DNA of 64,000 nt, from the sequence record PQ898602.1; one strand, given 5' to 3'. A program made the position numbers and the translations under genes. Within the stretch, counting starts at the first letter, position 1; each line of letters begins with the position of its first letter. Positions 54,520 to 64,000 of this stretch are shown one piece after another. The notes under the pieces are model-generated. The model did no database searches. It was given only the letters and a program-made list of their open reading frames with translations, and had not been told where the DNA came from.

Positions 54520-54977
54520 TTCACACTAACTCACCGACACTCTAACTAACACTTTCTTTGATTATGTCTCAACTCGAATTCTACACTTCTTTCCTGCACA
54601 CTTATGCTAACAATGGAAATGAAATCCTGGACCTGATTGACAAGATCTTGGAGGGTGAGGTAAAATGGTTTGACCCCGATACTTTCTGACCTTAACTAAC
54701 ACGAACACCTCCGAGAGTTTCTGATACTTTATACACGAACATCTCGGAGGTCGTGTAGCTTACTCTCTTGCCATTTGAGCAGTTATGTGCGTGGGGGTTT
54801 ATGTTAGCGCGGGGCGCGTATTAAAAAACGCTAACTTCCCTAACCTACAACGAACCCAAAAAGCGCTCGAAATAACAGACGCATTCAAAATTTTTTTTGC
54901 CAGAAAAAATCCTCCCATAAGGTCGTTTCTGAAAAACTCCAATCACTATATAAACCTGATAGTACAGGACGAGATAA

Positions 54978-55124
54978 ATGGAGTTAAGTCTGGACTTTTA
55001 TGACAGAGAGGTACTCATTGATTGTATTGAATATCGGTTAGAGAATGACTTAGAGTTAATTACGAATGATTCTTTAAGGGAAGAAATTGAGGACCTATTA
55101 GCATTGATTGAGGATGAGGTATAG
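54978..55124 (+). CDS. Small acidic hypothetical protein (48 aa)
   Basis: Hand translation MELSLDFYDREVLIDCIEYRLEND... Confidence 0.5.
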   Translation: MELSLDFYDREVLIDCIEYRLENDLELITNDSLREEIEDLLALIEDEV

Positions 55125-55322
55125 GATTCTAGTAGACGGGGAAGAGATTGCAACTGATGTGCAAAAAGGCGACCTACAACATAAAGTTGAAATTGTCAGA
55201 GCATATTGCAATCTACTTCCAGAACATAGGTTCAGTAAGGTTACCTATGAGGAAATAAATAAAGACACCATTGCATGATTTGATTTGTAGTGGTAGAATG
55301 ATTACGTTGCAATTCTAGTTTT

Positions 55323-56078
55323 ATGTCTAAAGGATTTACAATTAAAGCGAATGCTCCGACACCAAAGAAGAAAGCTGAAGGAGAGTTCGACATTGCTGCA
55401 GCACGGGAGATGGTTCGAGGTAAGTCGATCATCTTTTGTCTACCAGGTCGAGGAGTATCATACACATTTCTGAAGAACTTTGTTCAGTTGTGTTTTGATC
55501 TTGTCCAAGCTGGTGCAAGCATTCAAATTTCACAGGATTATTCTTCCATGGTCAACTTTGCACGATGCAAAGTATTGGGAGCGAATGTACTCCGAGGTCC
55601 AAAACAGGTACCTTGGGATGGTAAGTTGAAGTATGACTATCAGTTGTGGATTGACTCTGATATTGTCTTCAATACCGAAGCATTCTATAAGTTGTTGGTA
55701 TTGGATAAAGATATTGCAGCTGGTTGGTATATGACCGAAGATGGTCATACCACATCTGTTGCACATTGGCTTGAAGAAGATGACTTCAAGAACAATGGTG
55801 GTGTGATGAACCACGAAACTGGTGAGACGATGCAGAAACGTCGCAAACCCTTTACCGTAGACTACACTGGTTTCGGATGGGTGTTGATTAAGAAGGGTGT
55901 CTTCGAGAACTTGGAGTATCCTTGGTTTGCTCCGAAGATGCAGGTGTTCGACTCTGGAGAGGTTCAGGACATGTGTGGAGAAGACGTAAGTTTCTGTTTG
56001 GATGCTAAGGAAGCTGGTTTCGAGATCTGGTGTGATCCTCGTATCCGTGTTGGTCACGAAAAGTCTCGTATTATTTGA
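55323..56078 (+). CDS. Glycosyltransferase-like protein (GT-A fold)
   Basis: LWIDSDIVF (DxD), DYTGFGWVLI, GEDVSFC, DPRIRVGHEK. Confidence 0.75.
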   Translation: MSKGFTIKANAPTPKKKAEGEFDIAAAREMVRGKSIIFCLPGRGVSYTFLKNFVQLCFDLVQAGASIQISQDYSSMVNFARCKVLGANVLRGPKQVPWDGKLKYDYQLWIDSDIVFNTEAFYKLLVLDKDIAAGWYMTEDGHTTSVAHWLEEDDFKNNGGVMNHETGETMQKRRKPFTVDYTGFGWVLIKKGVFENLEYPWFAPKMQVFDSGEVQDMCGEDVSFCLDAKEAGFEIWCDPRIRVGHEKSRII

Positions 56079-56154
56079 TGTTAAAAAAGGCGCGTTTCGG
56101 CGCGTCCAAAAACCGCGAAAAAATTTCTAAATTATTCTAAAGGATTGAAAGACT

Positions 56155-56304
56155 ATGGCAGTGAAAGCAAAAGGTGGAATCAACAAGAGTGGTTGGATGC
56201 CTGGTAGCCCTAAGAAAACTCGTCAGGGCACTTCACCGAATACTAAACTTTCGGCATCTTCTCGTAATGGTAAAAAGAAAGCATATCGTGGTCAAGGTCG
56301 TTGA
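56155..56304 (+). CDS. Small basic protein (49 aa)
   Basis: Hand translation MAVKAKGG...PKKTRQG...KKKAYRGQGR. Confidence 0.65.
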   Translation: MAVKAKGGINKSGWMPGSPKKTRQGTSPNTKLSASSRNGKKKAYRGQGR

Positions 56305-56912
56305 GTGATTCATCAATCAGAGCAGTCCATCCACCTAACTTAGGATGGTTGGAGAAAACACTCTCTGTAAAAGAAGTGGACTTTCTCTGGAATTGCATTC
56401 AACAACGTCAATCATCAGTTAGAGAATATCTAGCTGGTAATATCACTGAGAGTAATGATCTCATCGATGAGGGGTCCTGGTTCTTCCAGGAGACCCTCTT
56501 TCCTTTGATTAGGGAGTATGAGACCCAATGGAGAGATCTAAGTCTTACGACGGGTTTCCGAGGGGAGTATTATCTGAGTAATCTTTGGGTGAACTTTCAA
56601 CATCAACATGAATTCAACCCAACACATAATCATACAGGAATCTATAGTTTTGTTGTATGGTTACAGATACCAACATCTCATGAAGAACAGAATGAAGATA
56701 ATGGATCAAATGCAGAATTAAAATCAGCTTTTCAGTTTCAGTATCTCGATATCTTAGGAAAGATTCGGACACATACTTATTATCAGAATCCAGACCAAGA
56801 GGGAACATTACTCTTCTTCCCATCAGAAATGCATCATGCAGTTTATCCGTTCTACAATTGTGATGAGACTCGTGTCTCTATTTCAGGAAATATTACTCTG
56901 AAACCACACTAA
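56301..56912 (+). CDS. 2OG-Fe(II) oxygenase-like protein (TIGR02466-type)
   Basis: LWVNFQ...FNPTHNHTGIYSFVVW...EGTLLFFPSEMHHAV...RVSISGN. Confidence 0.8.
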   Translation: MSDSSIRAVHPPNLGWLEKTLSVKEVDFLWNCIQQRQSSVREYLAGNITESNDLIDEGSWFFQETLFPLIREYETQWRDLSLTTGFRGEYYLSNLWVNFQHQHEFNPTHNHTGIYSFVVWLQIPTSHEEQNEDNGSNAELKSAFQFQYLDILGKIRTHTYYQNPDQEGTLLFFPSEMHHAVYPFYNCDETRVSISGNITLKPH

Positions 56913-56942
56913 ATAATTGAAGAACTTTTAACTACACAACTC

Positions 56943-57104
56943 ATGGCAGAAGAAAACACAGCTCCACGTTTGGGACCTAATGCATCTGATGGTGCTCCTG
57001 ATGAGGAAGGTACCGCAACTTTTGGTTATGATGTAGCAGCACAAGCGTCTGCAAATCGTGGTCGCCCTGCTTCTAACCCCAACTCCCCTCTTGCTGCTGG
57101 TTGA
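56943..57104 (+). CDS. Small low-complexity protein (53 aa)
   Basis: Hand translation MAEENTAPRLGPNA...; CTAAATA late-like motif upstream. Confidence 0.55.
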   Translation: MAEENTAPRLGPNASDGAPDEEGTATFGYDVAAQASANRGRPASNPNSPLAAG

Positions 57105-57571
57105 TGACTGAAAAGGAACAACATATTAATGGATGGATTACTAGATTAACTGAATCCAGACCAGAATTAGGTGGTCATGCAGTGTGCCCATATGCATCTG
57201 CAGCGAAAACCTTGATTAAAGAGACACCAATCGATAGCATTGTACCTGAAAGTGGGTATGATGTTATCGTTTTTGTCGTTGAAGACTTCTGGCGTTATAA
57301 GCAAATGCAAAAATGGGTCAGATATTATAACGAAAAGTATCCATATTACAAATTCTTTGAAGATACTTCTAATATCGACACATTCATCCGTGGTGTTCAA
57401 ACAAATAATGAAAAATATAACTTGATTTTGTGTCAATCAAAGGCAAAATTAAGAACTTTCCGTAAAAAACTTGCGGAAACTGGTTATTATGACTATTGGA
57501 CAGACGATTATTTGGACGAAGTTCTTGGTGAAGATCGAGAAGAACTGAAATTAGATGAAAGGCCGGGATAG
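57104..57571 (+). CDS. Hypothetical protein
   Basis: Contains GHAVCPYA; within track ORF 57101-57571. Confidence 0.65.
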   Translation: MTEKEQHINGWITRLTESRPELGGHAVCPYASAAKTLIKETPIDSIVPESGYDVIVFVVEDFWRYKQMQKWVRYYNEKYPYYKFFEDTSNIDTFIRGVQTNNEKYNLILCQSKAKLRTFRKKLAETGYYDYWTDDYLDEVLGEDREELKLDERPG

Positions 57572-57773
57572 GAACCCCGTAAAAAGTTCTGATTTACCAA
57601 AATCAGGAGAAAAAATGTCTAATCATCCAATTCCAGACCAGGGAAAGGACTTTATTGAGTCAGGAATGACGCTAATTAACGATCCTAAGTCCGACAAATA
57701 CCTTAATATGTTAAAAGAGGTCTCTCATGACCATTTGAATGATGAAAAAAGACAAGAAAATTTGAATGGGTGA
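57555..57773 (+). CDS. Small hypothetical protein
   Basis: Likely start at ATG 57615 (MSNHPIPDQG). Confidence 0.5.
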   Translation: MKGRDRNPVKSSDLPKSGEKMSNHPIPDQGKDFIESGMTLINDPKSDKYLNMLKEVSHDHLNDEKRQENLNG

Positions 57774-57804
57774 GTAAAAAATCGTCAAAATCTGTTATAC
57801 ATAC

Positions 57805-57812
57805 TATAAATA
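57805..57812 (+). promoter_or_regulatory. T4-type late promoter
   Basis: Exact TATAAATA 18 nt upstream of gp25. Confidence 0.8.
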
Positions 57813-57830
57813 CCACCGATAGTTCCAGTA

Positions 57831-58229
57831 ATGGTAAGGATTTCTCGAAAATTTAGGGATATTTCATTCTCATTTGCAAGAAATCCTGTAAATGATGATA
57901 TTTTGTCGATTAATGATGCTGATGCGATTAAAAGAGCAGTCATAAATCTCGTCAGAACCAAATCTGGCGAGAGATTTTATGATTCATTGGTTGGTACTGA
58001 GGTTGAAGCATCATTATTTGAGGTTCAATCCCCAGAAGTTGCAAATAATTTGAAAATTGACATTGAAAATGTCTTGAAAAACTATGAACCAAGGGTAGCT
58101 GATGTTGAAGTGGAGGTAAATTACCCTCTTGATAGTAATGAGATCTATATTCAGATAGCATATACTATCGTTGGTTTACCCCTACCAACACAAAACATCG
58201 AATTCGTCTTACAATCCACTAGAGTCTAA
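57831..58229 (+). CDS. gp25: Baseplate wedge protein gp25
   Basis: FRDISFSF..NPV..D...AIKRAVINLVRT..GERF...NYEPRV. Confidence 0.9.
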   Translation: MVRISRKFRDISFSFARNPVNDDILSINDADAIKRAVINLVRTKSGERFYDSLVGTEVEASLFEVQSPEVANNLKIDIENVLKNYEPRVADVEVEVNYPLDSNEIYIQIAYTIVGLPLPTQNIEFVLQSTRV

Positions 58230-60121
58230 TGGCATCATTTAATCAGTTTACAAATTTAGACTTTGCAGATCTGAGGCAACAGATTAAAGACTATTTGCGT
58301 GCAAATAGTGAATTTACTGACTTCGATTTTGAGGGATCTAACTTTTCTACCCTCATTGATATCCTTGCATATAACTCTTACATTACATCTTATAACACTA
58401 ACATGGTTGCCAACGAGGCATTCATTGATAGTGCTACATTAAGAGAGAATGTTGTATCACTTGCAAGAAATATTGGTTACGTTCCTAGATCAAAAAGATC
58501 TGCAAAAGCAGAAATTTCATTTACAGTCGATTTGACTGGTGCTCTTGACGCTAGAACCTTAACTATTAAAGCAGGTCAAGTTTGTTTGGGTGCAGTAACG
58601 AATGGAACGTTCATTTTCTCCATTCCAGAAGATGTAACCGCACCTGTTGACGTAGATGGTTTTGTTAATTTTGAGAATTTAGTTGTCTTTGAGGGTGTTT
58701 ACCTAAAGTCCACCTTCACAATGGACTACTCTCAACCAAATCAGAGATTTATTCTACCTAATGTTAATATTGACACAACTACAATTCGTGTTAATGTTAG
58801 AGATCAAGTTTCTGAAGAGTATTTTGCATACCAGAATATTCTAAATGTAGACGATAATACAAGAATTTTCCTAGTCCAAGAAGTTACGGACGAAAAACAC
58901 GAAATTGTGTTTGGTGATGGTGTTGCAGGTAAGAGACCACCGAACGGATCTACGATCGAAGTAAGTTATATTGTTACGAATGGTAAGATAGGTAATGGTG
59001 CAAGAAATTTCACCTTCTCAGGTGAAATGATTGATAACAATTTGAATAGTATTACTGGTGGCATTTCTCTTATTGTCACAGGTACTCCTTCTGAGAATGG
59101 TGATGATATTGAACAACTTGATTCTGTCAAGTACCTGGCGCCTCGTGTTTACGCCTCTCAGTATCGTGCCGTGACCGCCAACGACTATAAAGGTCTTGTT
59201 CCGTATCTTTTCCCCAACGTCGAATCTGTGAGTGCCTACGGGGGTGAGGAACTCGATCCACCAGAATACGGAAAAGTTCTACTTGCGATCAAACCAAAGA
59301 ATGGTAAGTTCTTATCTCAGGTAACTAAATTAAACATTCTCAGATCACTTAAACAATATTCTATTGCTGGTATTAGACCAGAAATCATTGACCTCTCTTA
59401 TCTCTATGTTGAGGTTGATACGAGTGTTTACTATAACGTCAATAAGTCTAATAAACCACAAGATGTTCGTACAAAAGTACTAAACTCTCTGAATGTTTAT
59501 TCAAACTCTGCAGACGTTAATCAATTTGGTGGTAGATTCAAGTATAGTAAGGTAACAACACTGATTGATGAAGCTGACAAAGCTATTACATCAAACATCA
59601 CCAGAGTTTTGATGAGAAGAGATCTGCAACCAGAGTTTAACAATCTTGCAACATACGAGTTGTGTTTCGGAAACAAGATTCATAGTAAGAAAAACGGATA
59701 TAGTATTAAATCTAGTGGTTTCAGAGTTTCTGGAGTGTCTGAAACTTTGTATATGGCAGATGCACCTCAAGAAGATGCGGAAGGAGTTGTGAGTTCTACA
59801 TCTGGAACCATCTTCTTCTTTAAACTTGAGAGTAATGTACCTGTAATTGTAACTCCAAGAGCTGGTACAGTTGATTATGTAAAAGGTGAAATTATTCTTG
59901 ATGCAGTAAACATTATTTCTAGTGATGTGACTGATGGGATTCAGGTTCAAGCAATCCCAGACTCAAATGATGTTATTGCACTGAAGGACTTGTACCTCCA
60001 AATTGACGTTTCAAGTTCTGTGGTAAATATGATAGAGGATGTTGTAACCTCGGGTGAAAATACCTCCGCTACACAATACGTCTCAACTTCTAGTTACCTA
60101 AACGGCAAGTATACAAGATAA
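58229..60121 (+). CDS. gp6: Baseplate wedge protein gp6
   Basis: LDFADLRQQIKDYL...DFDFEGSNFSTLIDILAYN...SQYRAVTANDY. Confidence 0.92.
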   Translation: MASFNQFTNLDFADLRQQIKDYLRANSEFTDFDFEGSNFSTLIDILAYNSYITSYNTNMVANEAFIDSATLRENVVSLARNIGYVPRSKRSAKAEISFTVDLTGALDARTLTIKAGQVCLGAVTNGTFIFSIPEDVTAPVDVDGFVNFENLVVFEGVYLKSTFTMDYSQPNQRFILPNVNIDTTTIRVNVRDQVSEEYFAYQNILNVDDNTRIFLVQEVTDEKHEIVFGDGVAGKRPPNGSTIEVSYIVTNGKIGNGARNFTFSGEMIDNNLNSITGGISLIVTGTPSENGDDIEQLDSVKYLAPRVYASQYRAVTANDYKGLVPYLFPNVESVSAYGGEELDPPEYGKVLLAIKPKNGKFLSQVTKLNILRSLKQYSIAGIRPEIIDLSYLYVEVDTSVYYNVNKSNKPQDVRTKVLNSLNVYSNSADVNQFGGRFKYSKVTTLIDEADKAITSNITRVLMRRDLQPEFNNLATYELCFGNKIHSKKNGYSIKSSGFRVSGVSETLYMADAPQEDAEGVVSSTSGTIFFFKLESNVPVIVTPRAGTVDYVKGEIILDAVNIISSDVTDGIQVQAIPDSNDVIALKDLYLQIDVSSSVVNMIEDVVTSGENTSATQYVSTSSYLNGKYTR

Positions 60122-60122
60122 A

Positions 60123-63100
60123 ATGTCAGAAATTAAAAGAGTTAAAATCGATTCCATCCTAGAGAATCAGATTCCAGACTTTATGTCTGAAGAGTCTCCT
60201 CTTTTTGTTGAGTTTTTACGTCAATATTACAGGTCACTAGAGAGTAAATCTGGTGCAATTGATATTGCTGTAAATTTGAATCAGTATAAGGGCATTCAGT
60301 CCTTTAATAATGAATCACTTGTTAAGAATACTACTCTGACAGATGAAGTTTTAACTTATGATGATGAAATTTTGGTCACATCTACAACTGGATGGCCAGA
60401 TTCTTATGGTCTCTTGAAGATCGACGATGAAATCATCACTTATCTTGGAAAAACTGCTACAAGTTTTACTGGATGTATTAGAGGATTCAGTGGCATTGAT
60501 GAAATTGAAGCCGTAGACAATAGAACCTTCCTAAGTTTCACAGAGACTGAAGCTGACGAACATGAGAATGGTTCGACTGTCCAAAATTTAAGTAATCTGT
60601 TCCTATTATCATTCTTTGAAAAGTTTAAGTTTGAATTTTTCCCTGGATTTGAAAATAGAGACTTTTTTGAGAACATTTCTATTGATAATGTTCTTTCTAG
60701 TGCAAGAGATTTCTATAATGCAAAGGGTACTGATAGTTCATACAAATTACTCTTCAAAATTTTGTATGGAACTGAGGTAGAAGTTAGAAAACCACAAGAT
60801 TTTACTCTTTCTCCATCTGATAACGAATATTTTAAGACTGAAAACGTATTAGTAGAACTTATCACTCCAAATCCTGATATTTTGAGTATCAGAGGAGGAT
60901 TCCTGTTCCAAGATCTTCCAGATGTTGGTGAAGTTGGTGCATCTATTTTCAATATTGAGTATAGACCTGTAAATCGCAAGGATTTCTTTGAAATCTCACT
61001 GGACCAAGATTCTTTTACTGGTAGTTTTCAGGTATCTGGTCAAACCAAATTAGTAGAAGACGTATCAGCAGGCGCTAACACTCTATTTGTAGATTCTACT
61101 ATTGGATTTGCTCCTAGTGGAAAAATTTCGATCAAACCACCCAATTCAAACTTCATCACTTTAGAATATACTTCTAAGTCCACTACAACTCTTAATGGTG
61201 TTACTGGTTTAACCACATCTCTTGAAAGAGGACTAGAGATTCTTGAAGAAAAGTTTGCATATAGTTTTGTTGGTACAGGAAATACCAGTAGAGTTGACTT
61301 TAGAATTGTAAACGTAATCAAAGATGTTGATTTTTCAAAAACCAGTGCTCTAGCAGTTGGTGATAAAGTTCAACTTTCTGGATTTGGCGAAAACCTATTT
61401 GATAAACCACAATTTAATTGTTGGATTTCTAACGTTCCATCTGTACACACTGTTGACAGTGTTAACAGACAGGGTGTAAATGTTTATCGTCTCATCACAT
61501 TTGATGAAGTAATTTATTATAAGAGAGAAGCGGTTGTTCTTACTAATGATATTGGTCAAGTATCGGGAGCTACAGTTCTTGATGTTGAATTTGAAGTTGG
61601 CGACCTAATTAGAAAGTATACTAATAGTGTTCTTATTCAAATCGATGACGCTACATTCGATTTCAATAGAACTATTAAGTTAGAAAAGAAATTATTCAAG
61701 TTTAAACAATTACTTAATTACTTTAACAATAACGAAGAATTCCCTGCAGGTATTCAAAACACATACATTGATTCCAGTAGAGAAAACTTCTATGTAACCT
61801 CAACTGGTGTACCAAACAAGACAATTTTCTCAACTGATGATAAGAGAACTGTCACAACTTCTGGTACCACTGGAATTACATCTGTTTTTGATTCTCCTCA
61901 ACATGAATATGTTAGTGGAGATTTGGTTTTCTATGATCCTGTAGATTCTGCAGCTTCTGGTATCGCTACTGGTAAGTATAGAGTATTTAAAATCAACGAA
62001 AATAGCATTAAACTTGCATTTAGTAATTCTGATGTCTTTAACGAAAAGTTCATCTTTGCAAATCGTGGAATTACTGCTGATAAAGTTGTAAAAGCTGACT
62101 ATTTTGGTAAGAAGATTGAAAACCAGAAGTTAGTAAAAACTTTCCCATATTCAAAGGTACAGAAAAAGTCTGAAGATATCAATGATAAAACTACTGACAG
62201 CAAACCTGTTGGTCTCTTAGTTAATGGTACGGAAATTCTATCTCCAACTCTATTTGATGAGAACTATTATTATGGAAGAATTGAAGAGATTATCGTAACC
62301 AATAGTGGTTCAGATTATGATGTTCTAGACCCACCACCAGTAGAAGTCAAAGATGAATTTGGTAGTGGATGTAAAGCACATGCAAACCTTTCTGGTGGTC
62401 TTACAAGAGTCAAGATCATTTCTCCTGGTGTAGGTTATCAATCTAAACCTAAGATTAAAATTTCTGGTGGTAATGGTAGTGGTGCTGTACTTGAGTCCAA
62501 CCTCGTTAGTTCTAGAATTTCTGTTGGTTTCAAGGGTGACACTGGTGTATCTGTTGCGGACAACACCCTGACTACAATTGATGATGTCTTATTTGTAAAT
62601 GGCGAAGAAGTAATTTATAGTACCAATAACAACACCGACGTTCTTGGAATCGTTAATGGATCCTCTTATTTTGTTGGGATTGTAACTGACAAAAAAGTAA
62701 AACTATACAATAACAAACAAGATGCAGTTGCTGGTAATAATGAAATCCAGATTACTGGTATTTCCTCTGGTTTCCATGCACTAGAGAGTTTAAAGAATAA
62801 AAATACTATTACTGAGATCTATGTAAATGATCCTGGTGATGGATATTCTAATAGAGCGATCAAAGTTCCTTCCGTTGTTTCTTCTGACAATAGAACTCTT
62901 GGTGTAAACACTTTTGACTCGTACATTTATGCAACAAATCATGGATTCCAAAATTCAGAATTTGTTGTTTATGAATATACCGACACTGAAATTTCTGGAT
63001 TAGATACTGGTAAGTATTATCAAGTCACCAAGATTGATGATAACAAGTTCCGCCTATCGGATGCTGGAACTGCAAGTAGTACAACAGATTACAACTATAT

Positions 63101-64000
63101 CAATAGAAAGTATGTTAAGTTTGAAAGTCTTGGTGTAGGAACTCACACTATTAAGTATCCACCAATTTCAATTTCTATTGAATCTACTTCTGAACTTGAA
63201 AGTATCCCTGTAATCACTCCTGTGGTTAAACCAATCGTATTGGGACAGATTGATGATGTCTTTGTGGAAGATGGTGGTGTTGGATATGGTGTTACTGACA
63301 TCATTAATTTCCACAGAAGACCAAACGTAGGTGTAGGTTCTATTCTTTCTAATGCGGTTCTTAAGCCCATTATTATTAATGGAAGTATTACTGACGTAAA
63401 AATCATTAACCGAGGAAAAGGATATAGAGTTGACTCGGATATTATCGTTCAGGGCGATGGTGACTTTGCTCAGTTGGATCCTGTTGTAGATTCTGAGGGT
63501 AAACTTCAGTCAATTAATATCGTCAATGGTGGTATCGGTTATGGAAGTAGTAATACATTCTTATCGATTCAAAATAGAGGCATTAATGCCAAGTTTATTG
63601 CTAATGTCAAGAGGTGGAAAGTAAACCAAGTTATTAAGAAAAAGAACACAATTAGTCCAGATGATGATGGTGTACTCTATCCATCCTTCAATCCAAACTT
63701 TGGGCTCCAGTTCTTCACTTTCTATCCTTCTAAAGTTCTAAGATTTGAAACTCAGGATAACTTCAATATCCTAAACAAAGAAGCAACCACAAATCTTCAA
63801 CACTCGCCCATTTTAGGTTTTGCGTATGATGGTAACCCCATCTATGGACCTTATGGTTACGACAAACCTGAAGGTGGTCCAATTCGTAGAATGACATCCA
63901 GTTATACTAATAACCCAACAGTCAATCCACAATTAAGACCTCCCCAACAACAAGGTTACTTTACCAATGACTATGTTTATGATGGTTCTGGAGATTTAGA
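60123..64000 (+). CDS. Large baseplate wedge protein (gp7-like), truncated by the window end
   Basis: ATG 60123 MSEIKRVKIDSILENQIPDF...FVEFLRQYY; later FYNAKGT.SSYKLLFKILYG and GFAYDGNPIYGPYG; absent from the track, consistent with no stop before 64000; directly follows gp6. Confidence 0.75.
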   Translation, partial: MSEIKRVKIDSILENQIPDFMSEESPLFVEFLRQYYRSLESKSGAIDIAVNLNQYKGIQSFNNESLVKNTTLTDEVLTYDDEILVTSTTGWPDSYGLLKIDDEIITYLGKTATSFTGCIRGFSGIDEIEAVDNRTFLSFTETEADEHENGSTVQNLSNLFLLSFFEKFKFEFFPGFENRDFFENISIDNVLSSARDFYNAKGTDSSYKLLFKILYGTEVEVRKPQDFTLSPSDNEYFKTENVLVELITPNPDILSIRGGFLFQDLPDVGEVGASIFNIEYRPVNRKDFFEISLDQDSFTGSFQVSGQTKLVEDVSAGANTLFVDSTIGFAPSGKISIKPPNSNFITLEYTSKSTTTLNGVTGLTTSLERGLEILEEKFAYSFVGTGNTSRVDFRIVNVIKDVDFSKTSALAVGDKVQLSGFGENLFDKPQFNCWISNVPSVHTVDSVNRQGVNVYRLITFDEVIYYKREAVVLTNDIGQVSGATVLDVEFEVGDLIRKYTNSVLIQIDDATFDFNRTIKLEKKLFKFKQLLNYFNNNEEFPAGIQNTYIDSSRENFYVTSTGVPNKTIFSTDDKRTVTTSGTTGITSVFDSPQHEYVSGDLVFYDPVDSAASGIATGKYRVFKINENSIKLAFSNSDVFNEKFIFANRGITADKVVKADYFGKKIENQKLVKTFPYSKVQKKSEDINDKTTDSKPVGLLVNGTEILSPTLFDENYYYGRIEEIIVTNSGSDYDVLDPPPVEVKDEFGSGCKAHANLSGGLTRVKIISPGVGYQSKPKIKISGGNGSGAVLESNLVSSRISVGFKGDTGVSVADNTLTTIDDVLFVNGEEVIYSTNNNTDVLGIVNGSSYFVGIVTDKKVKLYNNKQDAVAGNNEIQITGISSGFHALESLKNKNTITEIYVNDPGDGYSNRAIKVPSVVSSDNRTLGVNTFDSYIYATNHGFQNSEFVVYEYTDTEISGLDTGKYYQVTKIDDNKFRLSDAGTASSTTDYNYINRKYVKFESLGVGTHTIKYPPISISIESTSELESIPVITPVVKPIVLGQIDDVFVEDGGVGYGVTDIINFHRRPNVGVGSILSNAVLKPIIINGSITDVKIINRGKGYRVDSDIIVQGDGDFAQLDPVVDSEGKLQSINIVNGGIGYGSSNTFLSIQNRGINAKFIANVKRWKVNQVIKKKNTISPDDDGVLYPSFNPNFGLQFFTFYPSKVLRFETQDNFNILNKEATTNLQHSPILGFAYDGNPIYGPYGYDKPEGGPIRRMTSSYTNNPTVNPQLRPPQQQGYFTNDYVYDGSGDL

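Overview
This window is a 64-kb segment of a T4-like cyanomyovirus genome (Kyanoviridae-type, probably infecting Synechococcus). The assignment rests on T4 core genes (gp33, gp59, gp32, gp53, gp48, gp2, gp4, gp54, gp26, gp51, gp5, gp25, gp6, and a gp7-like gene running off the right edge) together with cyanobacterial auxiliary genes (petE, thyX, phoH, cp12, cpeT-like) and two tRNAs. Layout: 1-7.9 kb auxiliary and replication genes; 7.9-26.6 kb baseplate and tail genes; 26.6-30.7 kb an accessory enzyme and tRNA island; 30.8-37.5 kb a 2214-aa fibre-like protein; 37.7-40.9 kb an AsnB island; 40.9-54.7 kb a cluster of small early-type genes with a repeated promoter architecture; 55-64 kb late and baseplate genes. 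The most striking observation is at 565-1535. A sigma70 promoter fires into two tandem glutamine-riboswitch-like (glnA/Downstream-peptide class) aptamers. Each aptamer carries a complete, paralogous two-Cys microprotein ORF inside its P2 loop, with the start codon in the P2 stem. A 6-bp pairing to the ribosome-binding region of a DUF4278-like gene follows. All family assignments come from motif recognition by eye; no database searches were run.
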